From contig NZ_CP012369.1 of assembly GCF_001267405.1 (NCBI RefSeq), positions 2,180,402 through 2,212,401 of the forward strand: a DNA stretch of 32,000 bases. The letters run 5' to 3'. Made by a program: the position numbers and the translations under genes. The notes below the pieces were generated by a model. The model did not search any database, had not been told where the DNA came from, and saw only the letters and a program-made list of their open reading frames with translations. This DNA is from Neomoorella thermoacetica (lineage in GTDB: Bacteria; Bacillota; DSM-521; Neomoorellales; Neomoorellaceae). This document shows positions 1-10,534 of this stretch, piece by piece. How positions within the stretch are numbered: the stretch's first letter is position 1; each line of letters begins with the position of its first letter.

Positions 1-224
1 GCCAGGCCCTCCAGCTTGCTCCTGGCTTTTCCCCGGGGAAGTTTGCTGATCCATTTAAAATAGGCCTCTTTATCCATAGCCATAATGGATGCCAGGCAAT
101 CAACAACTCCTATATGGTGGCCAATAGCCAGGGCATAGTACTCCAGCTGCTGAACCTCAGCCGGAACGTCCTTTTCATCCACAAATCTCTTACATAGCTT
201 ATAAAATTCGACCCTACCCGGCAT
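1..224 (-). CDS. hycH: HycH/HyfJ-like formate hydrogenlyase maturation protein (3' end cut by window edge)
   Basis: Absent from the ORF track because it runs off the window. The ATG at 224-222 overlaps the stop of the upstream small-subunit gene by 11 nt. Hand translation: MPGRVEFYKLCKRFVDEKDVPAEVQQLEYYALAIGHHIGVVDCLASIMAMDKEAYFKWISKLPRGKARSKLEGL... The YYxLAIGHHxGVxDCL block matches my recollection of E. coli HycH. Its position after the small subunit matches hyc/hyf operons. Confidence 0.7.
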   Translation of the reverse strand, partial: MPGRVEFYKLCKRFVDEKDVPAEVQQLEYYALAIGHHIGVVDCLASIMAMDKEAYFKWISKLPRGKARSKLEGL

Positions 225-984
225 GATGGCCCGCCTTCTCCGTCTTACCTAAATAGTCCAGATAAATTTTATGCAGGCTCAAATAAACTTCAGCCAGCCG
301 TGAATCCTTCTCCTGCTTTACCAGCTCTTTAATTTTCTGGTCGACCGCCAGGGGATCCTCGCGTACGAACTGGAGGTATTTCTCGGTTATACGCCGGCCA
401 TGGAGGTAACCGCTTAAACGACGGGCCTCCCTCTCGATATCTCTGGCCAGGTCGGGAGAAACTCCCGCATATTGCGACGTGATCCGGGCCACCTCCTTTT
501 CTGTGTATTGTTCACCCTTCATTTTTTGTTGAAGTAGATCCAGGGCCAGGCCCAAACCGTAGATCGTTGCCCCGGGAGTTGGAGGACAGCCGGGGATATA
601 TACATCCACAGGAAAGATACTCCCGGTCCCACCCCATACAGAGTAACAATCGTGAAAGATACCGCCGCTGCAGCCACACGTTCCGTAAGCCACTACTATC
701 TTGGGATCAGGTGCCGCCTGATACGCCCGAATGGCCGGCAAACGCATGGCCCTGGTCATGGGGCCGGTAAAAAGGAGGATATCGGCATGCCGTGGGGAGG
801 CTACTACCTTGAACCCCAGCCTTTCCGGGTCATAAACAGGTGAGATAGTGGCGAAAATTTCAATCTCGCACCCGTTGCAACCGCCACAATCCACCCGGTA
901 CACGTAGACGGAGCGTTTAATGACATTTTTTAGCTTCGCCTTCAGCTCGGCCAGCTTTACTTCCTGTTCCATCCTATTGTCCAC
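214..984 (-). CDS. hyfI: [NiFe] hydrogenase small subunit, group 4 (HycG/HyfI, NuoB-like)
   Basis: 256 aa. Carries the NuoB-type 4Fe-4S ligands CGGCNGCEIE ... GTCGCSGG ... PGCPP. The C-terminal extension with REARRLSGYxxGRxI resembles E. coli HycG. Overlaps the upstream gene by 11 nt. Confidence 0.94.
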   Translation of the reverse strand: MDNRMEQEVKLAELKAKLKNVIKRSVYVYRVDCGGCNGCEIEIFATISPVYDPERLGFKVVASPRHADILLFTGPMTRAMRLPAIRAYQAAPDPKIVVAYGTCGCSGGIFHDCYSVWGGTGSIFPVDVYIPGCPPTPGATIYGLGLALDLLQQKMKGEQYTEKEVARITSQYAGVSPDLARDIEREARRLSGYLHGRRITEKYLQFVREDPLAVDQKIKELVKQEKDSRLAEVYLSLHKIYLDYLGKTEKAGHHAG

Positions 985-1528
985 CTCCCTGCACCCTGTC
1001 CCTAGAACCGGTGGCTTCAGCTACGCTCACCGCCGCCTGCCGGCGCCGGCACTGCGGGCATTTTTCCAGAAGCTGCCTCCAGCCCTGCCGGTCGCCTTCC
1101 GGTAATCCTGACTGCTCCAGGGTAGACATTACATATTCCAGCTCGCGCGAAGGGGCAAAGTATTCACCACAACAGCTACACTTGCGAAGTTGAACTTCAG
1201 CCCGGTAGTAGAGGTCTTCCTTGCTGGCAACGGCCAGTTCAAACTCGGTTGTAAGGGCTATTGCCCCTGTGGGACAGACTTCCTCACAGCGGCCGCAAAA
1301 AATACAGCGACCGTAAAAGATATTCCACGTCTTCGTGCCCTGCTTAAGATCATACTCCATAGTAATGGCATTGGGCGGGCAGGCAGTAGCACAGGCACCG
1401 CACGCTATACACCTGTCAAAGTTATATTCCGGTTTACCGCGAAAGCCAGGAGCCACTTCTACTGGCTTAAAGGGATACTCAACCGTGGCTTCCCCGACCT
1501 GCAGTGCTTTTTTAAGCAGTTTTAGCAT
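974..1528 (-). CDS. hyfH: 2x[4Fe-4S] ferredoxin-type subunit (HycF/HyfH, NuoI-like)
   Basis: 184 aa. Has two CxxCxxCxxxCP motifs (CIACGACATACP, CIFCGRCEEVCP) plus a C-terminal CSCCG...CPQC. Confidence 0.92.
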   Translation of the reverse strand: MLKLLKKALQVGEATVEYPFKPVEVAPGFRGKPEYNFDRCIACGACATACPPNAITMEYDLKQGTKTWNIFYGRCIFCGRCEEVCPTGAIALTTEFELAVASKEDLYYRAEVQLRKCSCCGEYFAPSRELEYVMSTLEQSGLPEGDRQGWRQLLEKCPQCRRRQAAVSVAEATGSRDRVQGGGQ

Positions 1529-1566
1529 TCATATATCCCCCTTCTTCCGCCAGTATATCAACGAGG

Positions 1567-3297
1567 CTAAAATTTAAGCGGCGAGTATTTTCTTTCCCGG
1601 CAGTAACGCTCCAGTTCTTTGTATTCAATCGTTCTCGCCTTCTTTTTACGCACATCGACCATAGTGACCCTTTCGGTGCAGGAATAGCAGGGATCGATGC
1701 TGGCCACAATCAGGGGGGCATCAGACACGGTGTTGCCTCTAAACATATACCGTAACGCCGGCCAGTTATTGTAGGTGGCAGCCCGTACCCGCCAGCGATA
1801 AAGTTTCTGGTTGTTGCCCGTCATCAGCCAGTGGACATTTTCTCCCCTCGGGGCTTCAGTATATCCCAACGCGAAGGTATGCGGTTTATACGCAAACCCT
1901 TCCGTGAGAACCGGGCCGGGGGGCATTTCGGTCAAGCACCTCTCGATTATATTGAAGGACTCATACAGCTCTGCTGCCCGGACCAGTTCCCTGGAAAGTA
2001 CGTCGCAACCGTCCTTGGAAATGACCTCCCAGGATACCCGGTCGTAAGCGCCGTAGGGGTGGTCCGCTCTGGTATCACGGGCGTACCCGGAACCCCGCAT
2101 ATTAGGACCAACCGGGCTGAAGTCACGGGCTACCTGGCGTTCCAGGCGGCCTACCCCCTGGGTCCGCGAGATGAAGTTGGGGGTGTTTATCAGGATATCA
2201 AGTAGTTCATCCAGTTCGGTCCGGATCTCCGCAATCAGCCGTAAGACCTGGTCCCGCTCTTCTTTGAAAATATCCCGGCGAACGCCGCCAATCAGGTTTA
2301 TTCCATAGGTTTTCCGGCCCCCGGTAAGAATCTCGGCCATCTGCATGGCCTTCTCCCGTACCCGGAAGAAATGCATGAAACCCGAATCGAAACCCACCAG
2401 ATGGGCCCCCAGCCCCAGATTCAAGAGGTGGCTGTGCAACCTCTCCACTTCTAGCAAAATGGTGCGGATATACTGAGCCCGCGGCGGCACCTCAATTCCG
2501 TTGGCCGTTTCCACCGCCGCAGCATACGCCACACTGTGGGCGTAGCCGCAGATGCCGCAAATCCGCTCGGCCAGGAAGGTAATTTGGTCGTAATCCATAC
2601 GGTTTTCGGCCAGTTTCTCCATACCCCGGTGTACATAAAAGAGCCGGTAGTCAGCATCCACGATGTACTCCCCGTCAACAAAGAGGCGGAAATGTCCGGG
2701 TTCATCGGAGGTGATGTGGAGGGGTCCCAGTGGAACTTCCACAATTCCCTCCCCTTCGACTTCGATAAAATTGTAGTTCTCCTCAACAGGTTCCGGGCGG
2801 TACCGGTAATCCATGGCGTCTTTTCGCAACGGATGCAAGTTGTCCGGCCAATCATCAGGCAAGACCAGCCTCCGCGCATCTGGGATTCCCACCGGTTCCA
2901 GGCCGAACATGTCCCGCACTTCCCGCTCATACCACACCGCCGCCGGCACCCGGGGAGTTACCGATGGAAATTGCGGCTCTTTCTCGGGTACCAGGGCTTT
3001 GACGGTTATCCAGGTGTTCTCCCTTTTGTTGCTGTTCCCTTCCATGGACAAGACATAATAGAGGGCGAAACAACCGTTAAGCTCGCGCTCGTCGTTACCG
3101 AGCATGGTGGATAGCCAGCCATTATGACGATAATATAGCTCTTCCACGATGCCGGGAAGGTCGTTAAGTTTCACTGTCACAGTAATCTGGTCTGGAGCCT
3201 GGGAGCTTTCCTCCAGGATCGCCCCCGGGAATTTCGACCGCAAATCTTTTATATATTTTTGTGCCCGCTTGGACTCAGAACCCTGTCCCATCTTCAT
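1567..3297 (-). CDS. hyfG: [NiFe] hydrogenase large subunit, group 4 (HycE/HyfG, NuoC-NuoD fusion)
   Basis: 576 aa. N-terminal Ni-binding motif RICGICGYAHS and C-terminal DPCYSCTER motif. A roughly 30-aa tail follows (VTMVDVRKKK...), typical of a protease-cleaved extension. Confidence 0.96.
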   Translation of the reverse strand: MKMGQGSESKRAQKYIKDLRSKFPGAILEESSQAPDQITVTVKLNDLPGIVEELYYRHNGWLSTMLGNDERELNGCFALYYVLSMEGNSNKRENTWITVKALVPEKEPQFPSVTPRVPAAVWYEREVRDMFGLEPVGIPDARRLVLPDDWPDNLHPLRKDAMDYRYRPEPVEENYNFIEVEGEGIVEVPLGPLHITSDEPGHFRLFVDGEYIVDADYRLFYVHRGMEKLAENRMDYDQITFLAERICGICGYAHSVAYAAAVETANGIEVPPRAQYIRTILLEVERLHSHLLNLGLGAHLVGFDSGFMHFFRVREKAMQMAEILTGGRKTYGINLIGGVRRDIFKEERDQVLRLIAEIRTELDELLDILINTPNFISRTQGVGRLERQVARDFSPVGPNMRGSGYARDTRADHPYGAYDRVSWEVISKDGCDVLSRELVRAAELYESFNIIERCLTEMPPGPVLTEGFAYKPHTFALGYTEAPRGENVHWLMTGNNQKLYRWRVRAATYNNWPALRYMFRGNTVSDAPLIVASIDPCYSCTERVTMVDVRKKKARTIEYKELERYCRERKYSPLKF

Positions 3298-3383
3298 CTA
3301 CCTCCCGATATAATTTCCCCCAAAAAACTGCCAAATCAATCTTCAAGGGCATCTCAGCCGTTTTGGTCATGATAAATGTTCCC

Positions 3384-4826
3384 CTATCCCAGGAATACCA
3401 GGGCGATATACTGAGAGATTAGCGTCATAACCACGAGCAACAGGAGTACTATTTTCATTGACAGGGGGAGAGTAATCGCGCCGGCAACTGTCTCTGAAGG
3501 TTTACCCATTACACAGGTACCGAACCACCGCAAAAGCCAGGCAAAACTCCCGACTGACTCAACAACCGCCACCAGGACGAGCAGGAGCACGATGGGATGG
3601 TTTTTCGCCGCCTCAAAGCCGCCTACGAAAATGCTAAACTTGCTAAAGAAGAGGTTAAAAGGCGGCGTTCCTCCAACAGCAAGAGCAGCGGCAGCAAAAC
3701 TAACACCCACCAGCGGCATTTTGCTCAATATCCCGCGCAGCTGAGGTAGCATCCGGGTACCGGTTGTATAGCTGAGGGCCCCTGCCACGAGGAAGAACAG
3801 TCCCTTGGCAAAGGCATGGTTGAAAATGTGGGCCACTGCCCCTTTGTAGGCCATGGACGAACCGAAAACCGAAATGGACAGGGCAAGAAATATATATGAA
3901 AGCTGAGCTATCGTAGAATAGGCCAGCAGTTTTTTCATATCCTGCTGGGGGAAATACATTGCAAAGCCGTACGCCAGGGTAACTATTGCCATAATCCCAC
4001 CGATGTAGCCGATGACCTGGGGTACACTTCCTGCTGATAACAGGGTCCGGGCAAAAATATAGGCCCCGACCTTCACCATTGATGCTGCATGTAAATAGGC
4101 GCTGACAGGTGTAGGTGCAACCATAGCGTCAGGAAGCCATGAATGAAGAGGTAACTGGGCCGACTTGCCCCAGGAGGCAACAAGTATACCCAGGAATACT
4201 ACAACCTTGGCTGTATCCTTCAATCCAGCGAGGGCCGCCAGCTCAAAACTGCCACTGTTAATGAATAAATAGATGGCCGCCACATACAGACCAATAGAAG
4301 CCACGTGGGTTATTATAAGGGCCTTGAGGGCCGCCCGGCGTGCTGCTGATGTGTCATAAAATCCTATCAGACCCCATGAGCAAACACCGGTTAGCTCAAA
4401 AAACACCAGCAGCCCGATTATTGTGGAAGAAAATACCAGCCCCGCCATGGAACCGATAAAGAGCAGCAAAAAAGCGTAATATCTCTTGGTGCCACCGTGA
4501 ACAGGGTGTTCCTTATTGCTGGTGGTCATATACCCCAGGGAATAAACACAGACCAGCAGGCCCATAAAGATTACGGCAAAACCGATCAGGACACTGACCT
4601 TGTCGATTGTAACGCCGAGTACCTGCATGCCGCCAAACTGTAACAACCCCTGGGTGATGCTGGCTCCTCCCGCCCGGGTAAAATCAATCATTAGAAGCAG
4701 GCTACTGGCAAAAGTCAGGAAAGCAAACAGCGGGCTTATTCTCTTTACATAGCTGCCTGGCATGATTACAGCCAAGACGCTTCCCAGTATGGGGATTAAA
4801 ATGCTTGCTACGGCATATTCTACCAT
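3384..4826 (-). CDS. Antiporter-like membrane subunit (NuoM/NuoN/HyfD-HyfF family)
   Basis: 480 aa, polytopic and hydrophobic. Conserved block WLPDAMVAPTPVSAYLHAA is typical of the NuoL/M/N-Mrp family. Size is close to E. coli HyfD. Confidence 0.88.
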   Translation of the reverse strand: MVEYAVASILIPILGSVLAVIMPGSYVKRISPLFAFLTFASSLLLMIDFTRAGGASITQGLLQFGGMQVLGVTIDKVSVLIGFAVIFMGLLVCVYSLGYMTTSNKEHPVHGGTKRYYAFLLLFIGSMAGLVFSSTIIGLLVFFELTGVCSWGLIGFYDTSAARRAALKALIITHVASIGLYVAAIYLFINSGSFELAALAGLKDTAKVVVFLGILVASWGKSAQLPLHSWLPDAMVAPTPVSAYLHAASMVKVGAYIFARTLLSAGSVPQVIGYIGGIMAIVTLAYGFAMYFPQQDMKKLLAYSTIAQLSYIFLALSISVFGSSMAYKGAVAHIFNHAFAKGLFFLVAGALSYTTGTRMLPQLRGILSKMPLVGVSFAAAALAVGGTPPFNLFFSKFSIFVGGFEAAKNHPIVLLLVLVAVVESVGSFAWLLRWFGTCVMGKPSETVAGAITLPLSMKIVLLLLVVMTLISQYIALVFLG

Positions 4827-4831
4827 ATTTA

Positions 4832-6319
4832 TTACCTCGCTCCCAGGACAACGTTAACTGCACTCTGCAGCAATTGATTCAACGGTGCAGGTATATATAT
4901 CCCCAATCCGGCCATCAGCAGGAACAGAATCCCAAAAGGCAGCAGGGTCAGCCACCCGACCTCACCCCGGGATAGACCTTCCGGAGGGGAACCGAAAACC
5001 GAACCGCTTATCAGGATAACTAGCGCGGCAAAAACAATCACCAGGGCGATAAGCAACAGTATCATCGGCCAGAGATAGCCACCCTTGAGCCCGGCCGTCA
5101 GGGTCATAAACTCACTGACGAAGATATTGAGGGGTGGTGAACCTGCTACTGTCAGGAGCCCTGCCATGAACATCAACCCGGTAAAGGGAGCCACCTTAAG
5201 CAGACCCCGGATTTTCTGGGAATCCCTGGTGCCATACTTAATAACAACATTTCCTGAGGCACAAAACAAAAGGGACTTGGTAATACTATGATTGATGGCA
5301 TGAAGAAGGGCAGCAAATATACCCAGAGCACCGCCCACGCCCAAACCTGTAGTGATGATACCGATATGCTCGACACTGCTGTAAGCCAGTTTCCTCTTGA
5401 TATCGTTTTGCACCAGTATAAAGAAGGCCGCTACGCATACAGAGAGAAGACCGAAAATAAGGAGTAGGGTTTGGGGGAAGCTCCTCCCTAGAACCTGTAA
5501 GGCAATGGCATAGTATCTTATTATCGCAAACAGGGCACACTTTAGCAGCACACCCGACAGCATGGCACTGGCAGGGCTCGGGGCCTCGCTGTGGGCATCG
5601 GGCAGCCAGGTATGCATAGGAAACAGGCCGGCCTTGGTGCCGAAACCGAGTAAAATAAACACAAAGGCCAGTTTCATTACCTGCGGATCAAGGCTATGGG
5701 CCATCCCCGCTATCTCCGTCCACAGCATCGCCCGGTGAGCATCTTGCAATATGGTAAAGGCATCGGAATAAGTCAGGATAGTTCCGTATAAAGCAAAGGC
5801 CAGGCCAACACTACAAATCAGGACGTACTTCCAGGCACCTTCAGCCGAAGTCTTGTACTTGTAAAACCCGACCAAAAAGGCCGAGCCCAAGGTGGTTGCT
5901 TCAACCGCAGCCCACATAATGGCAATATTGTTCGATATAGCGGACAGAAGCATGGTGAACAAAAATATATGAAAGAAACCGTAATAAGAGCAGACGCTCC
6001 TCTCATCTGCTTCACCATGTTCTAGATCGTGTCGCAGGTATCCTATAGAGTAAAATCCATCTAGAAATCCCAGTACCCCAATAATAAGGACCAGAATCGC
6101 CGTCAGGCTGTCTGCATAGAGCATTTGATTAAGAGCAAAGAGCGTTTGACCCCTTAAAACGCTGCGTACCAGCAACAAAGAGAGAAAAGCTACGATAGTT
6201 ATCCCCGCAAGGTGCAAAAGCTCTACAATACGGCGCGACCTTATACCAAAAGCCAGCACGGCTATTCCTAGCGGTACCGCGGGCAAGTAGAATAAAATAT
6301 TCTCCCCCACTCCTATCAC
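4832..6319 (-). CDS. Antiporter-like membrane subunit (NuoM/NuoN/HyfF family)
   Basis: 495 aa with a GTG start at 6319. Contains the block HTWLPDAHSEAPSPASAMLSGVLLK. Lies directly after the hyfE-like gene, as HyfF does in E. coli. Confidence 0.88.
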   Translation of the reverse strand: MIGVGENILFYLPAVPLGIAVLAFGIRSRRIVELLHLAGITIVAFLSLLLVRSVLRGQTLFALNQMLYADSLTAILVLIIGVLGFLDGFYSIGYLRHDLEHGEADERSVCSYYGFFHIFLFTMLLSAISNNIAIMWAAVEATTLGSAFLVGFYKYKTSAEGAWKYVLICSVGLAFALYGTILTYSDAFTILQDAHRAMLWTEIAGMAHSLDPQVMKLAFVFILLGFGTKAGLFPMHTWLPDAHSEAPSPASAMLSGVLLKCALFAIIRYYAIALQVLGRSFPQTLLLIFGLLSVCVAAFFILVQNDIKRKLAYSSVEHIGIITTGLGVGGALGIFAALLHAINHSITKSLLFCASGNVVIKYGTRDSQKIRGLLKVAPFTGLMFMAGLLTVAGSPPLNIFVSEFMTLTAGLKGGYLWPMILLLIALVIVFAALVILISGSVFGSPPEGLSRGEVGWLTLLPFGILFLLMAGLGIYIPAPLNQLLQSAVNVVLGAR

Positions 6320-6997
6320 CTAACCCTTTAATAATGTAAGTTTATCCGTGTCCAGGGTGTTGAAGGCTTTAAAGAGTCTCCTGGCAATAATCGTCAAGAT
6401 AATCACGGCAAAAACAGCGTCAGTCAGGATACCTATCTCCACTGTTTCAGGCGCGTTATAGGCCATGATTGCAAGGGTCAAATGGGATCCGTTCTCCATC
6501 AGGCAGTAGCCCAAAATCTGCTTGAGCGCATTCTTCCTGGCAAGTATACAGAGAACGCCGAGTAAAAAATGAGCTAACGAAACTGCCAGGGCAACCTTCA
6601 ATTTCAGTATGGCCTGGACCTGGAAAGGTTCTACTATAACAAAAGATAAAGCAACCATACACGCCGCCAGAAAAACAGACGTTGCTGTTGTGAGGGCCAG
6701 CCCGGTTTCCTCCTGGTCTCCTACCTTTTTAATAGTCCTGAGTATTAGGTATGGCACCAGGAAGGTCTTGGTGATGAGTGCCGTAATCGACCAGATGTAC
6801 AATGGTTCGGCATGCATAAATACCGCCAGGGACAGAAAAATCGCCACCAGAACCAGGGACTGGATGCTGTACATATATGCTGCCATCCGGAGCTTCCTGG
6901 TTTCCACCACCAGCATCGAGGTCAGGATGAGCAGTACAGCCAGGGTATTGACTACACTAGTGCCGGACACTACCTTATCCCCTCCACTCTTAAACAT
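6320..6997 (-). CDS. hyfE: Hydrogenase-4 membrane component E (HyfE-like)
   Basis: 225 aa. VVNTLAVLLILTSMLVV...YSIQSLVLV resembles the E. coli HyfE N-terminus. An alternative GTG start at 6970 follows GGAGGGG and would give 216 aa. Confidence 0.85.
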   Translation of the reverse strand: MFKSGGDKVVSGTSVVNTLAVLLILTSMLVVETRKLRMAAYMYSIQSLVLVAIFLSLAVFMHAEPLYIWSITALITKTFLVPYLILRTIKKVGDQEETGLALTTATSVFLAACMVALSFVIVEPFQVQAILKLKVALAVSLAHFLLGVLCILARKNALKQILGYCLMENGSHLTLAIMAYNAPETVEIGILTDAVFAVIILTIIARRLFKAFNTLDTDKLTLLKG

Positions 6998-7931
6998 TGA
7001 CCAGGTAGAAAACGAAGGACAGCAGGGCTATACCGAAAGCCAGCCAGGTCACTTCAGGGGCCTTATAAATAATCAACCTGGCCGAGCTGTTTTCCATCAA
7101 CGCAGCGATCACGTAAAAACCAGTAACCTTCAATAAAAAGGCAGCCGCAGACACCAGGAGAGAGGAAGTGCTAACCGCCGCGGCGCTCCCAAAGGGGAAG
7201 AAGACGGCGAGAAACAGGGCGATTACCACAACCTGCTTCATGCTCAAACTCCACTTCAAGATGGCCAGGGAGCGCCCGGAATACTCCGTGAGGGGGCCTT
7301 CCTGAAGCTCCTGTTCTGCTTCCGCCAGGTCAAACGGCAGCTTGCCGGTCTCGATGAAAGTGGCGACAGCAAAGGCCAGCATGCCAAGCCAGACTGCCGG
7401 TCTATAGTATGATATCGAACCGAACGCCACCTTCTGGCTGATGGCTCCCAGATCGGTCGAGCCGGTCAGAAGGGCAAGCACGAATAACACCAAAATAATG
7501 GTAGGTTCCACCAGAATGGCCAGCACCATCTCCCGGCTGGCTCCTATGCCGGCGAACCCGCTACCGGAATCCAGACCTGCGACGGCAAAAAAGAAGCGCA
7601 ACAGGGCGAACAGGTAAACAACCGCGATCAAATCACCGGCCATTCCCAGGGGCGACTGAAGAGTTAAAATCGGGATCACCATGGCAATGAGCAACGTGGT
7701 TGCCATCACTACATAGGGGGTAAAACGAAAAACCCAGCTGGCCTGTGCGGGGACCACCTCTTGCCGTTTTATGAGCTTAAAAATATCCCGGTAGTCCTGA
7801 AAAATACTGGCCCCTTTCCTGGAATGCAGCCTTGCCCTTAAGACACGGGTAAGGCCCGCGAAAAGAGGTGCTACCAGCAGGACTAACAGGGCCTGCATCA
7901 GGCCGACGAGGAACAATTTGATACCGGGCAT
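6990..7931 (-). CDS. hyfC: NuoH-like membrane subunit (HycD/HyfC)
   Basis: 313 aa, polytopic. Has the NuoH/HycD-like motif PFDLAEAEQELQEGPLTEYSG. Confidence 0.9.
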   Translation of the reverse strand: MPGIKLFLVGLMQALLVLLVAPLFAGLTRVLRARLHSRKGASIFQDYRDIFKLIKRQEVVPAQASWVFRFTPYVVMATTLLIAMVIPILTLQSPLGMAGDLIAVVYLFALLRFFFAVAGLDSGSGFAGIGASREMVLAILVEPTIILVLFVLALLTGSTDLGAISQKVAFGSISYYRPAVWLGMLAFAVATFIETGKLPFDLAEAEQELQEGPLTEYSGRSLAILKWSLSMKQVVVIALFLAVFFPFGSAAAVSTSSLLVSAAAFLLKVTGFYVIAALMENSSARLIIYKAPEVTWLAFGIALLSFVFYLVNV

Positions 7932-7943
7932 TTCTTTCTCCTC

Positions 7944-9968
7944 CTATCTAACCGTCGCTAATAACAGGACTACGAGGGTTATGATTATATAGAGACAATA
8001 TAGCCTGACGTTCCCTATCTGGAAGGCCTGCAATTTTTTACCCAGATATACCGTGCCCCGTGCCAGAGGAGCGTAAATGTAACGTTCCCACAACGATTCT
8101 ACACTGGCGATGTAGACCACTGCTCCTTTGAAATACGATGCAACGGTATAGCCAGGTCCATCGAGGGTGGTCCTGAGCGAATAAACCGGCCGAAAAAGTA
8201 CGCGCAACGGCTGAGCAAAGGCAGTTGCGGTATAGGCCATCCGCGGTGAATACTTGTATCCACATGCCCACGGCTCAGCATCGATACGCCGTCCGGCCTG
8301 GAAACCACCTTGGATCCCGATAATTAACAAGGGTAACGTAGCAAGACCAACGAGGAGAATGGCGATGAGCGGTGTGGAGAGCATGGCCTGCATGCTGTTT
8401 GCAGGAAATACCAGCAAACCGTCGCTTACCTGGACCGCAGTAATGGCTAATAATGCCGAAGCCACCTTTCCAATATAAGGAGCAACAACCGGTGCACCCA
8501 CACCGAGGATAATGCAGCTAATTGCCAGAATTGCCATCCCGGCAAGCATCGGTATGGGAACCTCCCTGGCCTCACGGGCATGCCCGCTGCGACAGGGACC
8601 GCCAAAAGTAACCCCATATGCCTTCACAAAACACATCGCCGCCAGCGCGCCCGTCAGGGCTAACATAACAACAAACAGGGGCGCAAACACTCTCACAGCC
8701 AGGATGCTGCTGGTGCTCGCAATAAACAACGACTGGTAGGTAAACCACTCACTGACAAATCCGTTGAGGGGAGGGATGGCTGAGATGGCTACAGCACCAA
8801 CCAGAAAAGCGAGTGCCGTCCAGGGCATGCGCCTGGCCAGTCCGCCAAGTTCCTCCATATGTTTCGTATGGGTTCGATATATTACCGAACCTGCCCCAAG
8901 AAAGAGCAAGCCTTTAAAGACGGCATGGTTTAACAAGTGGTAGAGGCCTGCCAGGATCCCGAGTACTCCTAAAACAGGCTGGCCGGCAGCGATGCCGATC
9001 ATGCCGGCGCCGGCTCCCATCAATATAATCCCAACGTTTTCAACACTGTGATAGGCCAGCAGCCGCTTTATATCGTGCTCCCCCAGGGCGTAGAGAACAC
9101 CCAGAACTGCTGAAATCGCTCCGGAGGCCAGGACAATAAATCCCCACCACCAAACAGAAGCCCCCAGGAAATCGACACTGACCCTGAGAATACCATAGAT
9201 AGCGGTTTTAATCATGACACCCGACATGAGAGCGGAAGCGTTGGACGGAGCAGCCGGGTGAGCCTTCGGCAGCCAGATATGGAGCGGAATAATACCGGCC
9301 TTGGCCCCGAATCCCAGGAAAGCTAGCAGGAAGATCAAGCTCTTTGTAAACACCGGGAGGTTCGCCCCACGGAAGGAAGCGAAATCGAAGGTACCTGTAT
9401 AGACAAAGAATAAGATAAAAGCCAGCATAATCAAAGCCGTTCCCGCGTGGGCCATAAAAAGATAGATGAACCCGGCCTTGACAGCTTCACTGTCTTCCTG
9501 ATCAAAGCTAACCAGGAAATAAGAGGCCAGCGTCATCAGTTCCCAGAAAATTAGAAAATAAAAAGCATTCCCACTAATGACCACTAATACCATAGAGGCA
9601 ATAAAGAGGTTATTGAAAAAACCCATAACCCCTGCGCCTTTACCGGTATACTCATCCAGGTACGAGAGGGAATATAGAGCCGTAGCCCCTGTCAGAAGGG
9701 AAATAACCAGTAACATAAAGGCAGAGAGGGGATCAACCTTTATAATAAACTTGGCAAAGGGTATAAACCCCGCCGCTTCCCAGGTAAAAGCTGCTCCGCC
9801 GGCAAGTACCTGGACGGCCGAGGCCATCCCGGTACCTGCTGCTGCAAGGGCACTTATACCTGAAGCATAGTTGGCAATTTTACCGGCCCGATTAAGAGCC
9901 AGGGAGGCAAGGGCTCCGGCAACGTACAAGAGCACAGAGAGTAGCAGAAGCTGTTGCGTAAGCATCAA
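7944..9968 (-). CDS. hyfB: NuoL-like antiporter-type membrane subunit (HycC/HyfB)
   Basis: 674 aa (E. coli HyfB is about 672 aa). Contains HIWLPKAHPAAPSNASALMSGVMIK. Its start overlaps the hyfA stop (ATGA-type overlap). Confidence 0.9.
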   Translation of the reverse strand: MMLTQQLLLLSVLLYVAGALASLALNRAGKIANYASGISALAAAGTGMASAVQVLAGGAAFTWEAAGFIPFAKFIIKVDPLSAFMLLVISLLTGATALYSLSYLDEYTGKGAGVMGFFNNLFIASMVLVVISGNAFYFLIFWELMTLASYFLVSFDQEDSEAVKAGFIYLFMAHAGTALIMLAFILFFVYTGTFDFASFRGANLPVFTKSLIFLLAFLGFGAKAGIIPLHIWLPKAHPAAPSNASALMSGVMIKTAIYGILRVSVDFLGASVWWWGFIVLASGAISAVLGVLYALGEHDIKRLLAYHSVENVGIILMGAGAGMIGIAAGQPVLGVLGILAGLYHLLNHAVFKGLLFLGAGSVIYRTHTKHMEELGGLARRMPWTALAFLVGAVAISAIPPLNGFVSEWFTYQSLFIASTSSILAVRVFAPLFVVMLALTGALAAMCFVKAYGVTFGGPCRSGHAREAREVPIPMLAGMAILAISCIILGVGAPVVAPYIGKVASALLAITAVQVSDGLLVFPANSMQAMLSTPLIAILLVGLATLPLLIIGIQGGFQAGRRIDAEPWACGYKYSPRMAYTATAFAQPLRVLFRPVYSLRTTLDGPGYTVASYFKGAVVYIASVESLWERYIYAPLARGTVYLGKKLQAFQIGNVRLYCLYIIITLVVLLLATVR

Positions 9969-10534
9969 CTTTTTCTCCCTTCTGCTAAGATGGAGGTCAC
10001 GCCCACAATACTGGTACGCCTCTTTAACTTGCTCAGCCGTTCAATTTCTTCACCTTCAACGAGACGCAAAGCTCGCGTCGGACAAACTCTTACACAGGCG
10101 GGACCCTCAGCATCGAAATAACAGAGATCACACTTGGTAGCAATGGTTTTCTGCCCTGTAGCCCCGGCCAGTAGAGGTATCAAATAAGAGTTCAGCAGAC
10201 CATCTTTTTCGACCGAGGGAGCCGGTGTCCCCTGAATGTCGATGCAGCCAAAAGGGCAGACCAGGGCACACATCTTGCAACCGATACAGAGGCCCTCATT
10301 TAAATAAACCATCTGGTTCTTAATTTCAATAGCCTTAACAGGACATACCCTGGCGCAGGGAGCGTCCTCGCAATGGCGGCACTGGACGGGCATGGTACCA
10401 TCCGGGGTGTGGGTAACAAACAGTCTCGGGAAGGGTTGTAGCCCCTGCTTGTTATGGGCAAGAGCGCATCCTGCCATACAGGTATAACAACCCAAGCAAC
10501 GTTCGGGATCGGCAATTACAAAACGGTTAGGCAT
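9965..10534 (-). CDS. hyfA: Multi-[4Fe-4S] electron-transfer subunit (HycB/HyfA)
   Basis: 189 aa. MPNRFVIADPERCLGCYTCMAGC...CRHCEDAPCARVCP...CIGCKMCALVCP...CDLCYFDAEGPACVRVCP is near-collinear with my recollection of E. coli HycB. Overlaps the fdhF stop by 8 nt. Confidence 0.93.
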   Translation of the reverse strand: MPNRFVIADPERCLGCYTCMAGCALAHNKQGLQPFPRLFVTHTPDGTMPVQCRHCEDAPCARVCPVKAIEIKNQMVYLNEGLCIGCKMCALVCPFGCIDIQGTPAPSVEKDGLLNSYLIPLLAGATGQKTIATKCDLCYFDAEGPACVRVCPTRALRLVEGEEIERLSKLKRRTSIVGVTSILAEGRKS